Assembly: GCF_018350175.1 (NCBI RefSeq)
Contig: NC_058368.1
Span: 68,512,001 to 68,576,000, forward strand
Reading direction: 5' to 3'
DNA from: Felis catus
Taxonomy: Eukaryota
Length of the DNA stretch: 64,000 bases
Shown: piece after piece, positions 37,921-49,409 of the stretch
Layout of the letters: every line of letters begins with the position of its first letter
Position numbering within the stretch: the first letter of the stretch is position 1
Notes under the pieces: generated by a model
The model's database searches: none
The model's input: the letters and a program-made list of their open reading frames with translations, nothing else
Told to the model about the DNA's origin: nothing
Program-made: the position numbers and the translations under genes

Positions 37921-38129
37921 GGGGGTGCCTGGGTGGCTCAGTCCATTAAGGGTAGGGCTCTTGATTTCAGGTTTATGAGTTAGAGCCCCGCGTCGGGCTT
38001 TGAGCTGACAGTGAAGAGCCTGCTTCGGATTCTCTCTCCCTCTCTCTCTGTCCCTCCCCTGTTCATTCTCTCTCCCTCTGTCTCTCTCTCTCTCTCTCTC
38101 TCAAGATAAATAAACTTAAAAAAAAAAAA
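37921..38129 (+). mobile_element. CanSINE, older member of tandem pair
   Basis: ctcttgatttcag-type head; followed by a third aagaatctgcaactc at 38130-38144. Confidence 0.95.
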
Positions 38130-38858
38130 AAGAATCTGCAACTCTGTTGCTGAAGACTGTTAGCACTGGCCCAGTCGATGGGGCTCAAAGCTAGGATTTT
38201 AGCTATTTGATCTTCAAATACAATCTATGGGTATCTCTCCTGGGAAATGTGCAAATATGGGCACACAGAAATTTTATATACAGTTTGGATATTTAGAGAC
38301 AGTAGCAAACTTGTTCATTAAATCCATAGCAACAACAACAACAACAACAAAAACATAAGATAAGACGGTAAAGAAAGGCATTTTGGGGAGAGGGTAAGGT
38401 TTTGTTCCTTTACTTGGGGAGGCTGTGGGGCAATGTCTTTGGACTTTGCTGACCCCGGGAAGAGGCAGCAAGGGGCCGAGAACGCACCCAGAAAGCGAAA
38501 TCAAACAGTGTCAGAGATGAACTCTCTGCCCCCAAAATACCCCCCATAGACACCTACGCTTGGTCGCTTGGTCGTGAAAAAGGCACAAGATGGGATTGAC
38601 AGTCCGGAACCTATTCAGGCTCCCCTGAGATAAACCTCTGGCCATCTTAGGCTTTCGTCTTCGCTGCCAGCGTGCGGGGTACGCCTGCTGCTGCTGAGAG
38701 AAGTCAGGGACCCCGCTCTGTCCCCCCCTATCCTGTCACAGGGACTTGCCGGGGCTCTGTTCCCCAGGCTCAGGGCGCCCCGCGTCCCTCCCGGATCGGC
38801 GCGGGACACCCGCACCCGGCTCCCTCCGGCCCTGGGGCCGCTCCTGGATCCGGTCTCC

Positions 38859-38867
38859 GCTCACCTG
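38859..38867 (-). other. OXGR1: 5' splice donor of putative OXGR1 exon 1 (exon ends at 38865)
   Basis: Minus strand CAG|GTGAGC inside the CpG island. Confidence 0.65.
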
Positions 38868-39025
38868 GCACGGGGTATGCGGCCGCCGTGCGCCCCGCGT
38901 GGCCCTCGGAGCGCGGCTGCGCCCTGGTGGCGGGACACTAGGAGCAGAGGCCGGTGCGCCGCCCCTGCCCCTCCCAGCCCTCCCCCCTCCCAGGCCGGAG
39001 CAGGTGCGTGCTCAGGGTCCCGCCC

Positions 39026-39050
39026 CAGCAGACAGCAGACAGCAGACAGC
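39026..39050. repeat. 7-bp tandem repeat (CAGCAGA) x3.6 in the promoter
   Basis: cagcagacagcagacagcagacagc. Confidence 0.9.
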
Positions 39051-40294
39051 GTCCTCCCTCGCCCACTTTGGAGGCCTACCCAGAACAGCCGCTTACACTC
39101 CCAGGGATCTCTGGACATCCTCCTTGCCGGCTGGACCCAAGACTGCACAAAGGGAGTATTTGCAGAGGTGGCCTCTTGCCCCAGGAGGGTTGAGGTCCTG
39201 TTGTCTGGCTCCAGAACTATCACCTGCTTGCCCAAGGTTCAGGGCCTTTCATCTAGCTTGGAATGGAAGCAACTTCAGTCTGACCCTCTAAATTGAAGAC
39301 TTCCACTGAAGTGTCTTTTCACTGTATCCAGTTACAGGCCTGTCCTCCAACGCTCTGCAAAGTCGTTTAAAAATAGTTTGTAACGGTGTGCGAAGAGCAT
39401 TTGTCTGGATCTCCGGATCTAGGGTGAAGCCCTCTTGCCATAGGACTTGCGAACAGCCTCTTCCTTTCCCTGAAGCTCAGCTACACCATCCAAGATAACA
39501 GGGCTCTGAATCATGGGACTCTAAGGTCCCTTCCAGCATTAGAGACGAGTTTTCTGTATTGTCTAACAGAGGTGAGCAGAGAAAGTCCCCTCCACGTTCT
39601 GCTGTGGATGAGCCTAGAATCCCTGGTTGCACTTCCGTCTTGGTGGGCAGTAAAACCACCAGTTCACCCTCTGGCTCGCAGGCAGGCCTGCGACAGCAAG
39701 AATGCCGAACCAGGCTTCCCAGAACCCAAGTGAGAAGATTCCCCCCCAGGTGATGGTTGGACAGCACTATTAAGAGGTCTTTAAATGTTATGCTTCTCAT
39801 TATTATTATTTGAGTCCCAGCCTTTCCAGGGAAATACTCTGCATTAGGAGAAAAAGTATTCTCTGGTGTTACTGTTTTTAATCACTTCCTCAATCCCTCA
39901 TTTGGAAGTATTTGACCCTATTTTGTGCAAATCCACCCACATTCGTTCCGCAGACATTTGCTGCTTGATTATTCTGTATCAGGCACTGAGGAGATAAGGA
40001 GGAATAAGGCATGATCTCTGCCTTTTAGGAACTCATGTCCTGGAAAAAAATAAACTATTGATTTGAAAAGTGATTCGTGTTGACACTGGTATGTTAGGGT
40101 GCTATAAGGTGCCTGATCCAAGTGTAAGGGAAAGAGGGGTCAGAAAAAGCTTCCTGGAGTAAAAAGACTTTTGACCATTTTTCCGTGATGAGCGGGATTT
40201 CCAGGTGAAGAGGAAATGGCTGAAAGAAATGATTTAAGGACGAGCGTTAGGTCCTAGAATCATAAATGTGCAAAAGACATTTTAAGATACCCAG

Positions 40295-40885
40295 TTCTAG
40301 AAATGTAAAATGATGCAGCCACTGTAAAAAAAAGGGTGTAATCGTTCCCCCCAAAATTAAAAGTAGATTACCATGTGATCCAGTCATTCTCCTTCTCGGT
40401 AAACACCCAAAAGAATTGAAAGTAGAGATCCAAAGAGATATTTGTACGCCTGTGTTCATAGCAACATCATTCACAATAACCACAATGTGGCAGCCACCCG
40501 AATGTGGTATATACAGGTAATGGAGTATTATTCAGCTTTAGAAAGGAAGGAGCTTCTGACGCGTGCTACAACATGGATGAACCTTGAGGACACGATGGTA
40601 AGTGAAAAGTCAGTTATGGTTCTGCTTATATGAGATACTTAGAGTAGTCAAATTCTCAGAGACAGAAAGTAGAATGGCAGTTGCCCCAGGGCTGGGAGTG
40701 AGAGGAATGGGGTGTGTGTTTCCTGGATACAGAGTTTCAATTTTACAAGCCAAAGAGTCCCGGTGATGGATGATCATGATTTGCATAACAGTATGAATAT
40801 ACCGAATGCCGCTGAAGGTACACTAAAGATAGTTGGGATAGTAAAATTTTACGTTCTATGTATCTTACCACAATTTTTTAAAACT
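40295..40885 (+). mobile_element. L1MA/MB-type 3' fragment
   Basis: gtgctacaacatggatgaaccttgaggaca; gagacagaaagtagaatgg; ends tatgtatcttaccacaatttttt. Confidence 0.8.
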
Positions 40886-41598
40886 TTGATTTGAACATCG
40901 AGTCCTATGGCCTCCCTTTACACAGGAGGACACTGAGAATTCTAGAGCTCCAAGAGACAAGAGGGAGGTGAGTGCCAGGAAGGTCTCTGTGAAGCCAATG
41001 CCTCTGTTCTTACCTCTCCGTGCTATGCATGACTGGCCATTTGATTGAAGCCATCACTTTATCAGAAAACAATGTGTTATAATCTGACACTCAATATTGG
41101 CTCTATCAACAAGATGATTATTATGAGCTATCTTGTTTTTTCATGTTTACTTGTAAATATAACTTCTTACTACAATTCAAAATTCTCACCTATGAAGTAG
41201 TCATTTGCAGGAAAAAAAATACTAACCAATATAGACCTTAATCATTCTCTGAATAGAAAGAATGATACAATTTTTATATCTTTAAAACAAGCTTGCATTA
41301 GCGAATGATGTCACTAATTTAGACTATGTTTAAACTTCAGATTTAAGTCTTCTAGCAACACAAGTCAAAGACCTATAGGGTAAAATTCAACTTCCATTTA
41401 AAATTGGTCTCCTGCCCAGATTCAGAAATGCACTTTCTTCTTTTAAATGAACACTCGATAGAATAGGATTCCAGCACTTACTTTCACAGCTATTTGAGCA
41501 ACACAGGTGCCACCTGCAATGTGCTGCAATTGGGCCTTTGAAGCAGAGGATGGGGTAATCTCCAGGATAATCTGGATACTCAGAAATTCTCCAATTTT

Positions 41599-41838
41599 GG
41601 GGCACCTGGGTGGCTCAGTCGCTTAAGCATCCAACTTCAGCTCAGGTCATGATCTCACGATTCGTGGATTTGAGCCCCGTGTCAGGCTCTGTGCTGACCG
41701 CTCAGAGCCTGGAACCTGTTTCAAATTCTGTGTCTCCCTCTCTCTCTGCCCCTCCCCTGCTCACTCTCTGTCTCTGTCTCTGACTCTGTCTCTCTCTCTC
41801 TCTCAAAAATAAATAAACATTAAAAAAATTTTTTTTAA
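41599..41838 (+). mobile_element. CanSINE
   Basis: Full copy with (CT)n and AnTn tail. Confidence 0.95.
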
Positions 41839-42129
41839 AGACGCACTGACATCTTAAATCCTCCTGCTCCAAAAAGCTCTGTGAAACTTTGCAGAGAAGG
41901 CGGATTCAAGTAGCATTCTCCAGAAAGCCGTTAATTACTGAGTTGGGGGCTGGCAAGGGGGAAGGAATAACATATTAGTACTAGTCTTAGCTCTTATTCA
42001 GTTGAGTGAGAAAGGGACAAATGGTTGGTGACTGTGCAGAACCATTCTATTTCTTTCTCCCCTGATTATCCTGACCCAAATGTGAAATGATCATGTTTCC
42101 AGATCATAGTCTCAACTATAGCTGAAGTT

Positions 42130-42668
42130 ATCATTGCTGACCATTTGTATGTCTATATTCGGATGCTTTGACGTTTGGGACTTTGCTGACCTGGGAGAGA
42201 CTGCCTTTCTCGGGGTTAGCCAATTTCTAGAGATAGTAAACCCACCAATGAGTGTACTTTCAAATGCAGGCCAAGCAATCCAGAGCTCCTATCCCCAACC
42301 ACCTCCTTTTTCAGACTGTCACACTCTGGACCACCATCCATCTGCTCTAATCATCCCAAGGCCAGGCACCAGACAAATAGGGACAGCGCCTGTGCCCCAG
42401 AGCCCACTGAAATTATTCAAACTAGCCAGTCCAAAGTCTGCTTCCCCTGCCTTGTCTGTTCCTTCCCACAGAAACTGTAATCAAGTTCCTCCTTTCCTTC
42501 TGCCTCCTGGCCAATCCCAGTGCATGCCTGTGTGTCCCCATCTATGGTGTGGGGTGCTCCCTCCTCCTGGGATCTGTGAACATAACAAACTGTCTTTTCA
42601 ATGGCAATCATCTCCTGATCTGTTGACCTCGCCATACCTGAATAATAACAAACCTATGTTTTGAAACA
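42130..42668 (+). mobile_element. MER74-like ERVL solo LTR
   Basis: gccaatttctagagatag, cccagagcccactgaaattattcaaactagcc and terminal ttgaaaca match recalled MER74. Confidence 0.75.
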
Positions 42669-43511
42669 CCATTTATAGCCTTGGCAGGCTTTTTTGTAAT
42701 TTCAGCCATGATATATCTCTTGATATGATAGCAGTATTCTCATAAGATTAATTGTCTTGATTTAAAAGAAAATGATTAACTTGTTTTCTAATGCCTTTAA
42801 AATGGATTGCTCAGTGAAATGCACTTATTAAATAAAGCAAGTTTTTGATCTATGCTCTACTCGCCAACGAATTGAATTGTTGTGATGCCTTCCAGATTCC
42901 TGCAATGTTTCTTCAATGAAGAAGACATTATGGTAGAGTGGAGAGAAGCCCAGACATTTAAAGCCTGAACTTTAGTGTTTGGAAAGCAACTCCGTTAGCT
43001 GAAAAAAGACATTCCCTTCGTAGGTTTCCATCTAGGAAAAGCAGAGTTTGGACAAGACATTCTCTATGGCCCGTTCCAGATTAAAGGAGTCTTAGTTGTG
43101 AAAACCTAGGGGAAGCTCAAAGCTTTGTCTCTTAGAAAAGTAGGTATGATGTTGCTGCACCAATGTGAGTCATTTGCTATGCTTCTATGTGAACGTTATC
43201 TTGATGATTCTTTGAAAAAGAGGTTTTTCTGGGAAATTTGAGACATTTGAGACTCTTGGGAAAGAGACTGACTAGATTGTCTCTTTAGATTCAATCCCAG
43301 TAAAAGTTGGAAGATGGTTAGGGTCTTCTGGGAGGATAAAGGGCCAGGCAGTTAGTACAGGTCGGCTGCTGGCCACAGCCAAGGATGGGATTGCCACTCT
43401 GCTCAGGAGGAGTTTTAATGTGAGGTATGGTGACCCATGGAAGCAGGGAGAAATGGAGATTATAGACAAAGAAAATGTGGTACAAAAAAGGAGTAGAGAA
43501 AAGCCAGAGAA

Positions 43512-43692
43512 GGGGCACCTGGATGGCTCAGCTCAGGTCATGATCTCATAGTTTTGTGGGTTCAAGCCTCGCATTGGGCTCTGCCTTGACAGCACAGAGC
43601 CTGGTTGGGATTCTCTCTCTCCCTCTCTCTCTGCCCCTTCCCCACTTGTGCTCTCTCTCTCTCTCTTAAAATAAATACTCTTAAAAAAAAAA
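43512..43692 (+). mobile_element. CanSINE with short head deletion
   Basis: ggggcacctggatggctcagctcaggtc; TSD aaaagccag. Confidence 0.9.
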
Positions 43693-44266
43693 GCCAGCAG
43701 AGAAAGAAAAGCATCATCATCAAGGAATTGAGCTCTTTGCCTCTACTGGTGTAGTGTCCCTGCCTCCCAGTTTTCTGACCCTACCAACTACTCTGTGACT
43801 CAGAAAGACAATATAAGACTTAGAGATGTGATACATCCTAATAAAATACTAACTACTTTATGAGTCTCTTTGCCCAGAAGTACTTTTTTCTTTTCTGGAT
43901 ACTTGCTGTACTTGTAAACCATACCATTTTATCCAGCATTTATTCACTTTTAAATTGTTTAACAATTTTATTAACTATAATAGTTTTACTAACTTGAGTC
44001 TTGCCTGGGTCAACCGGATTTCTCCATTTCAGGGGAGAGGAGCTTATATTCTCCTCTTTGGATCTTAAGCAGCATGTTACATAGATACATAGCAAGCAAT
44101 AACAATTGCCTGTTGTTTGGGCAGTTATTACTCTAACCATGGATCTGATTCCTCTTTTGACCTTAATTAATACCAAGTTCTTTAGGTTTCCGGTTACACG
44201 TTGACACCAAGCAGTTTCCCACTGGCGTCTGTCCAATCAGTTGAGCGTATGAAAAGAACACAGGGA

Positions 44267-44488
44267 GGGGCGCCTGGGTGGCTCAGTCGGTTGAGCGTCC
44301 GACTTCTGCTCAGGTCATGATCTCATGGTCCGTGAGTTCGAGCCCCGCGTCGGGCTCTGTGCTGACAGCTCAGAGCCTGGAGCCTGTTTCCGATTCTGTG
44401 TCTCCCTCTCTCTCTGCCCCTCCCCCGCTCATGCTCTGTCTCTCTCTCTCTCTGTCAAAAATAAATAAACATTAAAAAATTTTTTTTA
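44267..44488 (+). mobile_element. CanSINE
   Basis: Near-consensus; TSD aaaagaacacaggga / aaaagaacataggga. Confidence 0.95.
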
Positions 44489-45319
44489 AAAAGAACATAG
44501 GGAGATATTGAAAGATTGAATGGAGGGATAAGAAATCACTGGTGACCAGAGAGCCACTGCAGTCACGTGCTAGAGGCTGCCGCTGGCTTGTGAAGTGAGC
44601 AGAAGAGTAAAACAGGAAGAAAGAAATAAGGGTGTAGTTTGAAGGCTGACATGTTTAAGGGCGAAGTCTCTATTTATTCCTTATTTAGGATAAAGATAAC
44701 CTAAGCATTCGTATAGATTGAGGAAAAAATTAAAAGCCAAAGGAAGAAAAGATTGGAAAGAGATAATTAATGGACGGGAGATAGGATCACAGGGGGGACG
44801 TATGACAATAGCCGTGTTTGACTCCTGGCTCCTACTTTTACAAGCTGTGCAAATTCTCTCTTTAAACCTCATTTTGTTCATATGTCAAACTGGGATAAAA
44901 CATGATTGTTCTAAGACCTAAATGAGGTAATATATAGAAGTCATTAGCATGGTGTAAGCTGTCATAAAATAGCAGCTATTGTTAAGTCAGGAGCACAAAC
45001 GGAAAGGGGAAGGGCCACCAATGCCTCTGAAATAGAAAAGAGGGCAGGGGAAGACCTGTGTGAACTCAAGAGGAAATTCCAACATTTCTGAGGCTCATCC
45101 AGAGGTTTTCAACACTGGCATCAGCTTGGGAGCTTTCAGAAACATCAATACTTTTCTCCTACCCCAGACCAATTAAATCAGTAACTCTGAAGTTGGGCAT
45201 GAGTACTGTTTTGTTTGTTTGTTTTTTTAAAGTTCTCCAGGTAAACACACTGCACAGAGTTGATTCATTTCTGAAGCTTGACTATACATTTTTGAAGTAG
45301 ACACTTCAAAACTTTTAAA

Positions 45320-45438
45320 GAATGCTGATGGCAACCATGGGTGAATGTCAAAAATGTTACATTGAGCAAAAGAAGCCAGAAATGAAGAGACCCACTCTGT
45401 ATAATGGCATCGTGATTCCATTGACATTGACATCAAGC

Positions 45439-45470
<32 letters not shown>

Positions 45471-45720
45471 GAGAAGAGAAGAGAAGAGAAGAGAAGAGAA
45501 GAGAAGAAAAAAATCTATGAGATAAAAGTTAGAATAATAGTTGTTTTTGGGAGGGGAGGAGAATTAGCCAGAATGGACAACTAAAAACGTTCTAGGTTGA
45601 TGGAAATATCCTGTATCTTGACTAAGGTGTTGGTTACTGAGCTGAATACATTGCTCAAACTCACTAAACTGTACACTTAAAATCTGTGCATTTTAGCGTA
45701 TGCATTTGTACCTATATATC
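45320..45720 (+). mobile_element. L1ME-type 3' fragment with internal microsatellite
   Basis: ctgtatcttgac...aaactcactaaactgtacacttaaaatctgtgcatttta. Confidence 0.65.
45439..45512. repeat. A-run then (AAAAG)n/(AGAAG)n compound microsatellite
   Basis: Direct reading. Confidence 0.95.
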
Positions 45721-45764
45721 TGATTACACAACAAATGGGGAACCATTAAAAGTGGTTGAGTAGA

Positions 45765-45981
45765 GGGGTGCCTGGATGGTTCAGTTGGTTAAGCACCAGA
45801 CTTCAGCTCAGGTCATGATCTTGTGGTCCGTGAGTTCTAGCCCTGCATCAGGCTCTGTGCTGACAGCTCAGAGCCTGGAGTCTGCTTTGGATTCTGTGTC
45901 TCCCTCTCTCTCTCTGCTTCTCCCCACTCGTGCTCTGTCTCTCTAGCTCTCAAAAATAAATAAACGTAAAAAAATTGTTTT
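45765..45981 (+). mobile_element. CanSINE
   Basis: TSD taaaagtggttgagtag. Confidence 0.95.
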
Positions 45982-46087
45982 TAAAAGTGGTTGAGTAGGG
46001 AAGTTTAATAAAAGCTATTTCCAATGTGTAGAACACCTAATTATCCACTAGTTTTTCTGTTGAGCAGGTATTTAGTTCAAACATCTT

Positions 46088-46286
46088 TTTTAAAACATGT
46101 TTATTTAGTTTATTTTTAAGAGAGAGAGAGAGAGCATGAACAGGGGAGGGGCAGAGAGAGAGAAGAAGAGAGAATCCCACGCAGATTCTGCGTTGATGTG
46201 GGGCTTGAACTCATGACCTGGGAGATCATGACCTGAGCTGAAATCAAGAGTCAGACTCTTCACTGACTGAGCCACGCAGGCACCCC
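46088..46286 (-). mobile_element. CanSINE
   Basis: TSD tagttcaaacatctt / tagttcaatcatctt. Confidence 0.92.
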
Positions 46287-48665
46287 TAGTTCAATCATCT
46301 TATCAGTAAATTTCTACTAGGTAAAGGGGATATCCCAGGAAACTATTCGGAGAAAGGAACCAGCTTGCTGTTGTTACTTTAAACATTTAACCTTTCACAT
46401 GTCTTATATTAGTTACATACCATTATGTTTAAGCGTATATTATATTTTGATTATTTGTTCAAATTTTCATCTTCTGGTGTTTACTTTTGTGGTTCAGATT
46501 TTATTTCTTTGTTTTCTTCTTTGGACCTTTGAAGTGATGGAAAGAACATTGGGCCGGAATCCCATGGCTTAATAAGCCATCTTCTTGTTTTATTCAGGAG
46601 GCTGTTCCAAGTCTCTCGCCAGGAAAAGGAAGCTTAACTATATGAGCATATCACACAAACATTACCTTTGTCTTTACGTCTAAGACTTAACTCCTCCCAC
46701 CCACCTGTGCACACACACAGACACTCACCATGTAGATCTACCTTCATGCTTTCTCCTTTGCTGAGGCACCCATAATGCAATGCGTGGCTTTTGTGAGCCT
46801 CCGTGGTGCTACCAACAGCCAGCGCAGATTGGGGAGTTTGAAGCAAATAGAACAAAATTGTCCCAGCACCGCTCTTACCTTCCGTATCCCCACGTTTTTC
46901 CATTCACCATGTGAAGGGAACATCAACCACACTTAACACTCTAAAGGAAGTTCAGAGATTCAAATTCTTCTGTGCTAAAGTAATGGTCGTTTGCAAGTTC
47001 TATAGCAGCCGATGGTGATTGCGTTAAGTTCATCTAACACTAAAGAAGTAATTTGTTACCAGAGAATCCATTCCCTTCCTACCTCTGTTAGGATTTCTCC
47101 TGTTTCACTAGACTCTTTAGAGAACATTAGGCCATTATGAGCTGTTGAAATTCTTTTCCCTCCCCTGCTAGTGTCTTATGTCACTTGTCCCTGGCGGCGA
47201 CCACATTGAGCAACATCATCTTATTTTCTTTGTCATGCTTCTGCATTTGAATTTAAATGCCCCAGAAACACATACAAAAGGCTTATGTAATTTTTTTATG
47301 ATAGCATTTTCAATTTCTCCCATTTGACCTTTTGATATTGCTCTCACGATTAATTTTTTTCTAGGGCCTTGTTGACACAACAGACCGCTGTACTAACCTG
47401 TTAACCTTCGAAAAATCAGAGTTGAAATCTGGTTTGAGTGAGAAACCCCAAACAGTTTCCAGCTGGCCTGGGCCTGATGGACAGTAAGCCAGACACCCTC
47501 ATGTCCATGATGGATGGGCTGCTGGTGAATTAGAGGAGGTTGAAATGGAACGGGATGTGAAGACAGCATCGTGTTTAATCTTAGAGTGGCTCATCTTAGC
47601 GCTCATGTTCAGAAAAGAATAAAAACGCAAGTGATTTAGCCAAAGACGCCGTTTCTTTCTTTCTCCAACTTGCCACAGACAGTCCTCGGGAGGCAGCCCC
47701 TTCTGCTATGTGCACTGATGTACGATGGCCAGGTGACATCATTAAGCTATTTCTTGTTCCTCCCTTCCTAATTATGCCAGATTGATATCTGGTTAAATCG
47801 AAAAAACAGTTCTAATCCCCTTTAACTGTAAATCCTGCTTTCATCCCAATTGTGAGTTAAACCATACCCAAATGCTTGTGAAATCCTCAACACTGTCCAG
47901 GGGTAATTGAGGAATGCTCCGTTTGGTTAGTCTGCACCTTGAGAACAGATGACTCACTCCTCTCTCAATCCCATCTTCAAAAGTGGTCTGTCTGGCCTTT
48001 GCCATCCTCCCTAACCCACCTGTCCACATCAAACATACCAATCACTGGTCCTGTGGTTTTACAAGGCTTTTGAGTCTCCAGAGCTGACCTTTCTGTTTTA
48101 TTTTATTTCTAACTAGGGGCGACCGGATCGCCAAAATCTCCAAGGGATAGTCTTTGAATAAATACACCCAGTGCTTGCCTTAGCAGCACAGACACTGAAT
48201 AGATAGACACATCCACGTTTGGTAATTTTATTGTATATTTATTTGAAAAGAAAATATTGCCATTCGGTCATCACCGCTTTCCAACACGCTATGCTTTAGC
48301 GTGTTCATGCTACAGTGACTCCCATATGGACAGAGCAAGGTGGGAGCCTGTGAAGACCGAGGCCAGTGCTAGAAGCTTCTCCTCCTGAGAAGCAACTCTG
48401 CAGAGCAGTTATGACCACAGAGCAGCTCCAGGGAAGCCTTCTTACCATGCATGCACCCCGTGGCTACAGCCACTTGCCCTTTGAAGGCTGAGCCCTTGAG
48501 CAGTGTCCTTTTCTGACATTGTCACCCAGAGTAGACATTTACAGCAGTCTCTGTTTTACACAACAGACCTGTGCATGTGTGAGGCCTTGAGCAGGGTCAG
48601 CTATATAATTTGCAGGGTTCATTACAGAATGAAAATGTGGGGCTTCTTTTTTAAAAAGTAGGAGA

Positions 48666-48767
48666 GGGCTTGCTTTGGTAGCTTGTATATTAAAATTGGA
48701 GCCATACAGAGAAGATTAGCATGGAACCTGCACAGGGATGACACACAAATTCGTGAAGAGTCCCATA
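48666..48767 (+). pseudogene. U6 snRNA processed pseudogene (retrocopy)
   Basis: About 83% identity by hand (17 mismatches in 102 nt) to recalled U6; ACAGAGA box kept; A-rich tail; 13-bp TSD aaaaagtaggaga at 48653-48665 and 48779-48791; no upstream PSE/TATA context seen. Confidence 0.93.
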
Positions 48768-48818
48768 AAAAAAGAAAGAAAAAGTAGGAGAGAAAATGCC
48801 TTTAAAGGCAATAAAATA

Positions 48819-48977
48819 GGAGCCCCTGAGTGGCTCAGCCGGTTGAGCGACTGACTTGATTTTGTCTCAGGTCTTGATCCCAAGGTCGTGGGGTCAGGCT
48901 CCACCCTGAGCCTAGAGCCTGCTTAAGATTCTCTCTCCCTCAGCCCCTCTCCTCCCTGTTTGCACTCTCTCTCTCTC

Positions 48978-49024
<47 letters not shown>
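48819..49024 (+). mobile_element. Older CanSINE with A44 tail, nested in the MER45B-like element
   Basis: Diverged head ggagcccctgagtggctcagccggttgagcg; (CT)n; A run 48981-49024. Confidence 0.9.
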
Positions 49025-49027
<3 letters not shown>

Positions 49028-49184
49028 TTAAAACATAAGGCTTTTTCCTTTCTTCTGAAGTCTCCTTTTGATTTATCATGGTAATTAGGTTGGTTTTTTC
49101 TTTTTTTTTTTTTTTTTTTTTGTTTTGGTTTGATTTGGTTTTTGCTATTTAATGTCATTCTAAATCAGAAAAAATTCAACATCT

Positions 49185-49409
49185 TAATTTTTAAATTTTT
49201 TTAATGTTTATTTATTTTTGAGAGAGAGACAGACAGAGACAAAGTGTGAGTGGGGGAGGGTCAGAGAGAGAGGGAGACAGAATCTGAAGCAGGTTCCAGG
49301 CTCCGCGCTGTCTGCACAGAGCCTGACGTGGGGCTTGAACTCACAAGCCATGAGATCATGACCTGAGCCAAAGTCAGATGCTCCACTGACTGAGCCACCC
49401 AGGCGCCCC
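49185..49409 (-). mobile_element. CanSINE nested in the MER45B-like element
   Basis: TSD agaaaaaattcaacat / agaaaaatcaacat. Confidence 0.95.

Larger units (their letters stand above)
38660..39075 (-). promoter_or_regulatory. OXGR1: CpG island, probable OXGR1 promoter and non-coding exon 1
   Basis: Only strongly CpG-dense, GC-rich stretch in the window; GC box at about 39019-39026; lies about 5.7 kb 5' of the CDS on the gene strand. Confidence 0.8.

Noticed and set aside
37661..38144. Three 15-bp direct repeats with about 220-bp spacers, superficially CRISPR-like
   Set aside because: The spacers are SINEs and the repeats are TSDs; eukaryotic context with no cas genes
38615..39296. Several overlapping 66-181 aa ORFs
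   Set aside because: By-product of stop-poor GC-rich CpG island; low-complexity Pro/Ala/Arg/Gly translations
42134..42664. 176-aa ORF
   Set aside because: TTG start, Pro/Ser-rich, and coincides with a MER74-like LTR; no recognisable domain
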